A DNA stretch of 12,636 nt from Vitrella brassicaformis CCMP3155 (taxonomy: Eukaryota > Protista > Chromerida): assembly GCA_001179505.1 (NCBI GenBank), contig CDMY01000892.1, positions 1-12,636 on the forward strand, in the 5' to 3' direction. The position numbers and the translations under genes are program-made. The notes below the pieces were generated by a model that had not been told where the DNA came from, ran no database searches, and saw only the letters and a program-made list of their open reading frames with translations. Of this stretch, positions 8,225-12,636 are shown piece by piece; the stretch's first letter is position 1, and the number at the start of each line of letters is the position of its first letter.

Positions 8225-11200
8225 CTAAGAGTGTGCCGGATGTACTGCTTCAGCAAGCCCTTCCGTACGTGCCCGCGTAATGTGCATTGAGGTCACGTAC
8301 TGTGCCAGAGCCCTCGGTAAGTCATCTTACAGCCATTACAACCACGAGACGGGGGTGAGGTGAGGTGACGAGAGATGTTGGCATACCTCTTGTCTGCCTG
8401 CTTCTGTGAGCGCCTTCTTCGCTTTCTTGAAGGCCCCATAGAGGCCTTGCCAGCCACCAGAGTCCTCGGCCAATATGCCTTCATCCTTCATGCGCTGCTC
8501 GTACAAACGCTGACGCATTACCAGCTCATCGACGACATAACTCAAATTCAGCTGCACACAATAAAACACACATCAACCCCGACACATTATTTCTCGGTTG
8601 TGGAACCTGCAGGTCATTGAGTGGAATGCCTGGCGATATGGATGATGACAGAGTAGACCTGCACACGCCACGAACCAGTCACAAATTCGCACAATCAAGG
8701 ATGGGCCTGCATTCTTAGTTGATGTACTCGTCGGCGACGTCAATGGCTATGCTTTCCTTGGCACTCGCGCTTTCGGAGTCCTTTGTGGGTACATTACTCA
8801 GATATGTGGGCTCTGTACAGCAGAGAGTGGCAGTAGTGTAGTGGCAGTAGTGTACAGAAAGTTGCATCATTCATTCACCCTTCTTGAGGAACTCCTTGTG
8901 CTCAGTAAGGCAGGGACAGACAAGTGCACGCGACAAGTCGGCAGACTGCATGCAATGGAGGCTCTGCAAACACACAAATAAGCAGACTGACTGCACGTGT
9001 CAAGGTCTTACTTACCGTATTAGCCGTATCATCTGGTCGCGAAAGATGGACAAGCACGTGCTCATTTCGACGCGTACTGATGACCTTCATGCGCAGTGCT
9101 TGAGTCAGAGAGGCATGAGTCCGTAGAAAATCCACACTGAGACGAAGAAAGGGACAGATTCACACACAAAAAGAAATCCACATTCCAGCCAAGCCAGGAC
9201 AAATGACCCTAAGACACGATGCCCCCTTTTGTGTTTACAAGTCACTGGGGATCTGCTTCATTTGCAGTACTTGCACGGCCTCCTCCAATGCAGCGCATGT
9301 CATCTGCACGGCTGCAATCCCCTTGCGCACAGCTGGTCGACCGCCAAACAGAGAACAGCTGGTCGCCGTGTTCCCTGCGTCGTCAGCACGGTTGATGGCT
9401 TCAGCAAGAGAGTCCACAAGTGACAGCTGTGCGGTTCGCCAATCGTACGAGACAGATGGAAGGAGCTTCCGTTGCTTCTCTTCACGATGCACAAGCCACG
9501 ACACGCAATCAACGAACCATTCCAGCCATGCTGACACAAGAGAATAGCAACAGCAGGTTGAAATTCGAGTGTCTGCAGGATTGGGCTACCCCTGTGTTTT
9601 CGGCGCATGCTCCACCGCATAACGAAATCCGATCTGGAGAGGCCATGTTTGCAAACATGCACCACTAGAATGATGTAGTGCGCCAGATTCGCCAGCATTA
9701 CAAAGATGATGAGCGCAGTGGTCACGATATCGTTGACGTCTCGCACCATGACCAGCATGATCAAATACACCGAGACGATCCACAGGATCAGACCTCTCAC
9801 CTCGGTGCGATTAAGAATATCCTGATTTAGAGGTGAACAGAGGTGAGAGAGCCTAACAGAGGTGACAACTCTGTGCACTCTCACCATGTTACGACTGTCA
9901 AACTGTCTGACGATGAGCTGCAGAGTGAGACAAGCCATTCCAAGTCCAATCCAGCCCAGCAGCTGAAATCTCGGACTACCAACAGCTAGCTGCGCTATTA
10001 ACAGCACCAGCACACGTCTACAGAAAGAAGAGGTATCAAAAAACGTCAGCCCGCGTGCCCTTTCTTGTCTCCTTGAGTCAGATCGTGCTCACCTGGCCGC
10101 CAAGACCGCATCCCAGTAGTAAAGCGATTTACGGTACGCCACGTAGAGGAAACCTGCCCTCTGTCGCATCTCTGAAGCCAGCAACTGATCTTGGAATCTC
10201 CAGAGCAGCCAGACGCCAGCTATTACTGGCATAAAAGTCCATATGGCCAAGCCAGCTAGCGAGATCCAAAGGAAGGGCGCATGATCAGCCGAGCCAAAGC
10301 CGCAAAGAACATCCGAGCCGAGATCTAGACGACCGCGCATCTGATCTGATGGATTAGTCGAGAGAAACGTCGCCTGTTTATCGGCTGATCGACGGATGAC
10401 AGGTTCTTCAACGTATGGATAAGGCCGACATCGAAGCAGCACCAGCAGATTCCGAGTCACCGTGGGATGGATAAACATGATTATTGCAATCAGCATTGTC
10501 GTCCGCTTCCCAAGCCATCGACGCCACCATACTCGTCTGCCATCCGCCAGTCCTGTCCACTGTTCCTTGACCGCGTGCGACTTGTCAGGTTGCCAAGTCG
10601 CAGCCCTTGGCAGCATACGCACTGGTGCGTCTGACGCATCAGGCCACAATTGCTGCATTGTTGGATCCACTGAGATGGACGAATGACGGGAATCCGCCGT
10701 GAGGGAGCGAGGTATTGCGGTGCTATAGGTCCGCGCGCATACGCGCAGGTCTGCGCACCTGAATATATACACACACTCTAAGTCCGCGCGCATACGCGCA
10801 GGTCTGCGCACAGGGATATTCAATATACAAACACACTCCAAGTCCGCACGCGCATGCGCAGGTGTACGCACAGAGATATTCAGTGTATAAACATACTCCA
10901 AGTCCACGCGCACATACGCAGGTGTGCGCATAGGTGTGTATATACACTCTAAGTCCGCGCGCATACGCGCAGGTCTGCGCACAGAGATATTCAGTACACA
11001 AACACACTCCAAGTCCGCGCGCGCATGCGCAGGTGTGCGCACAGAGACATGCAGTGCACAGCTGTAGGATTGCTAGACAGCCCGCGTTCAAGCCTTTATT
11101 CTGCTTCAACTGGTACGGCAACATACTTCTTTCGGGTCTTCCAAAATAACCGCATTTCGGCCATTATAAATCTTTCTGATGTGCATCCAAACGCCGCCCG

Positions 11201-11307
11201 CTCGGTGAAGAGTGACAAACACAAAGAACATTATGATTAATGCTGGTCTGGTACAGGAATCGCTACTGCAACGTGTCCTCGATTCTGAACAGCAACTCTC
11301 GTGCCGC
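8225..11307 (-). CDS. Multi-pass membrane protein (CRMP-like/TRP-like C-terminal TM block) with a cytosolic tail; 5' end and last exon uncertain
   Basis: Phase-consistent exon chain: [11307-11127 tentative], (11072 or about 10720/10650)-10093, 10017-9885, 9821-9590, 9530-9239, 9136-9016, 8945-8879, 8812-8728, 8658-8607, 8551-8387, [8299-8225 tentative]. Hydrophobic helices include MLIAIIMFIHPTV, FLWISLAGLAIWTFMPVIAGVWLL, VLVLLIAQLAV, LLGWIGLGMACLTL, GLILWIVSVYLIMLVM and TALIIFVMLANLAHYIILV. It carries the diagnostic GFLYVAYRKSLYYWDAVLAARR motif. Confidence 0.7.
8827..8854. repeat. Perfect 14-bp tandem duplication in an intron of the membrane-protein gene
   Basis: GTGGCAGTAGTGTA twice (8827-8840, 8841-8854). 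Confidence 0.9.
10727..11060. repeat. Minisatellite array A: about 5.5 copies of the 60-bp unit
   Basis: GTCC anchors at 10729, 10782, 10842, 10902, 10953 and 11013 (spacings 53, 60, 60, 51, 60). The unit is approximately ACTCCAAGTCCGCGCGCGCATGCGCAGGTGTGCGCACAGAGATATTCA... Confidence 0.95.
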
Positions 11308-11582
11308 CTGCGAGTCTTCTCCTTTCAACACTCTTCTTTTTAGTGTCCATTCTCTTTTAATTTAACCAAAATTCCGTGATTTGTGAGTTTATTAGTCTGT
11401 CTTTTGAAAAATAATACAAAGCAAAGTATGCTACGACGTTTTCAAACGATTGTTAAATGTGTCTCCTGCAGGGCTACATACCTTAGCATGGACAAGTGGA
11501 TTGATGTCTATCTAACTTTGGTTCAGACAGTGGGAGTTGTTTGCCCTCACGACGGGTGAAAATGTAGGGTCATTTGTTTTAT

Positions 11583-12636
11583 GTACAAACATTCATCACA
11601 TACACGCACTCCAAGTCCACACGTGTATGCGCAGGTGTGCGCACAGAGACATTCATGATAGCGCACAGAGAAACTCATGATATACACGCACTCCAACTCA
11701 ACACGTGCATGGGCGACATTCATGATATACACGCACTCCAAGTCCACACGTGCATTCGCATGTGCATGCGCAGGTGTGCGCACAGAGACATTCACCATAT
11801 ACACACCCTCCAACTCCACACACGTGCATGCGCATGTGCATGCGCAGGTGTGCGCACACAGACATTCATGATATATACGCACTCCAACTCCACACGTGCA
11901 TGCGCAGGTGTGCGCACACAGACATTCATCATACACGCATGCGCAGGTGTGCGCACACAGACATTCATGATGATATACACGCACTCCAAGTCCACACTTG
12001 CATGCGCAGGTTTGCGCACACAGACATTCATCATATACACACATACCAAGTCGACACGTGTATGCGCAGGTGCATGCGCAGGTGTGCGCACACAGACATT
12101 CATCCTATACACACACTCCAAGTCCGAACGTGCATGCGCAGGTGTGCGCACAGAGACATTCCTCATATGCACACACTCCAAGTCCAAACGTGCATGCGCA
12201 GGTGTGCGCACACAGACATTCATCAGATACACCCACTCCAAGTCCGAACGTGCTGCGCAGGTGTACGCACTGAGACATTCATCAGATACACACACTCCAA
12301 GTCCACGCGTGCATGCGCAGGTATGCGAATAGAGACATTCATCATATACACACACTCCAAGTCACATTCATCATCTACACACTCCAAGTCGACGCATGCA
12401 TGCGCAGGTGTGCGCACAGAGATATTCATCATATACACCCACTTCAAGTCCCAACGTACATGTGCAGGTGTGCGCACACAGACATTCATCAGATACACAC
12501 ACACACACACACACTCCAAGTCCAAACGTACATGCGCAGGTGTGCGCACACAGACATTCATCCTATACACACACTCCAAGTCCAAACGTACATGCGCAGG
12601 TGTGCGCACACAGACATTCATCCTATACACACACTC
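11583..12636. repeat. Minisatellite array B: about 19 full or partial copies of the 60-bp unit, running off the window end
   Basis: Consensus ACATTCATCATATACACACACTCCAAGTCCACACGTGCATGCGCAGGTGTGCGCACACAG. Spacings between ACATTC anchors are 60,22,45,72,74,60,39,63,72,60,60,59,60,29,58,60,72,60. Confidence 0.97.

Noticed and set aside
8011-8256. ORF 8011-8256 as the last exon of the membrane protein
   Set aside because: It is out of phase with the 8387 donor and 8299 acceptor, and has an in-frame TGA at 8295-8293. It cannot be fully excluded without cDNA.
10782-11013. 171-bp period equal to the primate alpha-satellite monomer length
   Set aside because: It is simply 60+60+51 and occurs once, with no recognisable alpha-satellite similarity. 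Coincidence.
11547-12630. Long Cys/His-rich ORFs on both strands over array B (for example 11574-12332 and 11792-12355)
   Set aside because: The consensus lacks stops in 5 of 6 frames, and non-3n units (22, 74, 59, 29, 58) make the ORFs switch register, so these are repeat artefacts.
10727-12636. CRISPR-like array (palindromic repeat with regular spacing)
   Set aside because: The sequence between conserved blocks is homologous from unit to unit (no unique spacers), there are no cas genes, and the context is eukaryotic.
1-12636. tRNA, rRNA, snRNA or transposase genes
   Set aside because: I recognised no cloverleaf, rRNA-like segment, full snRNA, or RT/DDE/Rep motif. The ACTTACC match to U1 is only 7 nt.

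Overview
Intron-rich eukaryotic genomic DNA: short GT-AG introns with (GT)n/(CT)n/(CA)n microsatellites and a signal-plus-Phe transit-peptide gene. This style suggests a chromerid alga such as Vitrella brassicaformis (inference, not a database hit). Three multi-exon genes can be built by hand. (1) A + strand, plastid-targeted, cyanobacterial-type class I SAM methyltransferase (220-1689, 5 exons). (2) A convergent - strand RELCH/KIAA1468-like LisH + coiled-coil + HEAT protein (6733-1968), interrupted by a 300-N assembly gap. (3) A - strand multi-pass membrane protein with a CRMP/TRP-like TM block (about 11307 to about 8225; 5' end unresolved). The right end holds two arrays of one 60-bp palindrome-rich minisatellite (10727-11060 and 11583-end). 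Best unexplained signals: a 36-bp element present twice in intergenic DNA (90-125 and 7124-7159) whose hairpin shows a compensatory base-pair change and carries a 5' splice-site consensus in its loop, and the first minisatellite array, which is stop-free and in frame with the membrane-protein exon and may be exonised. No rRNA, tRNA, CRISPR or transposase was recognised.
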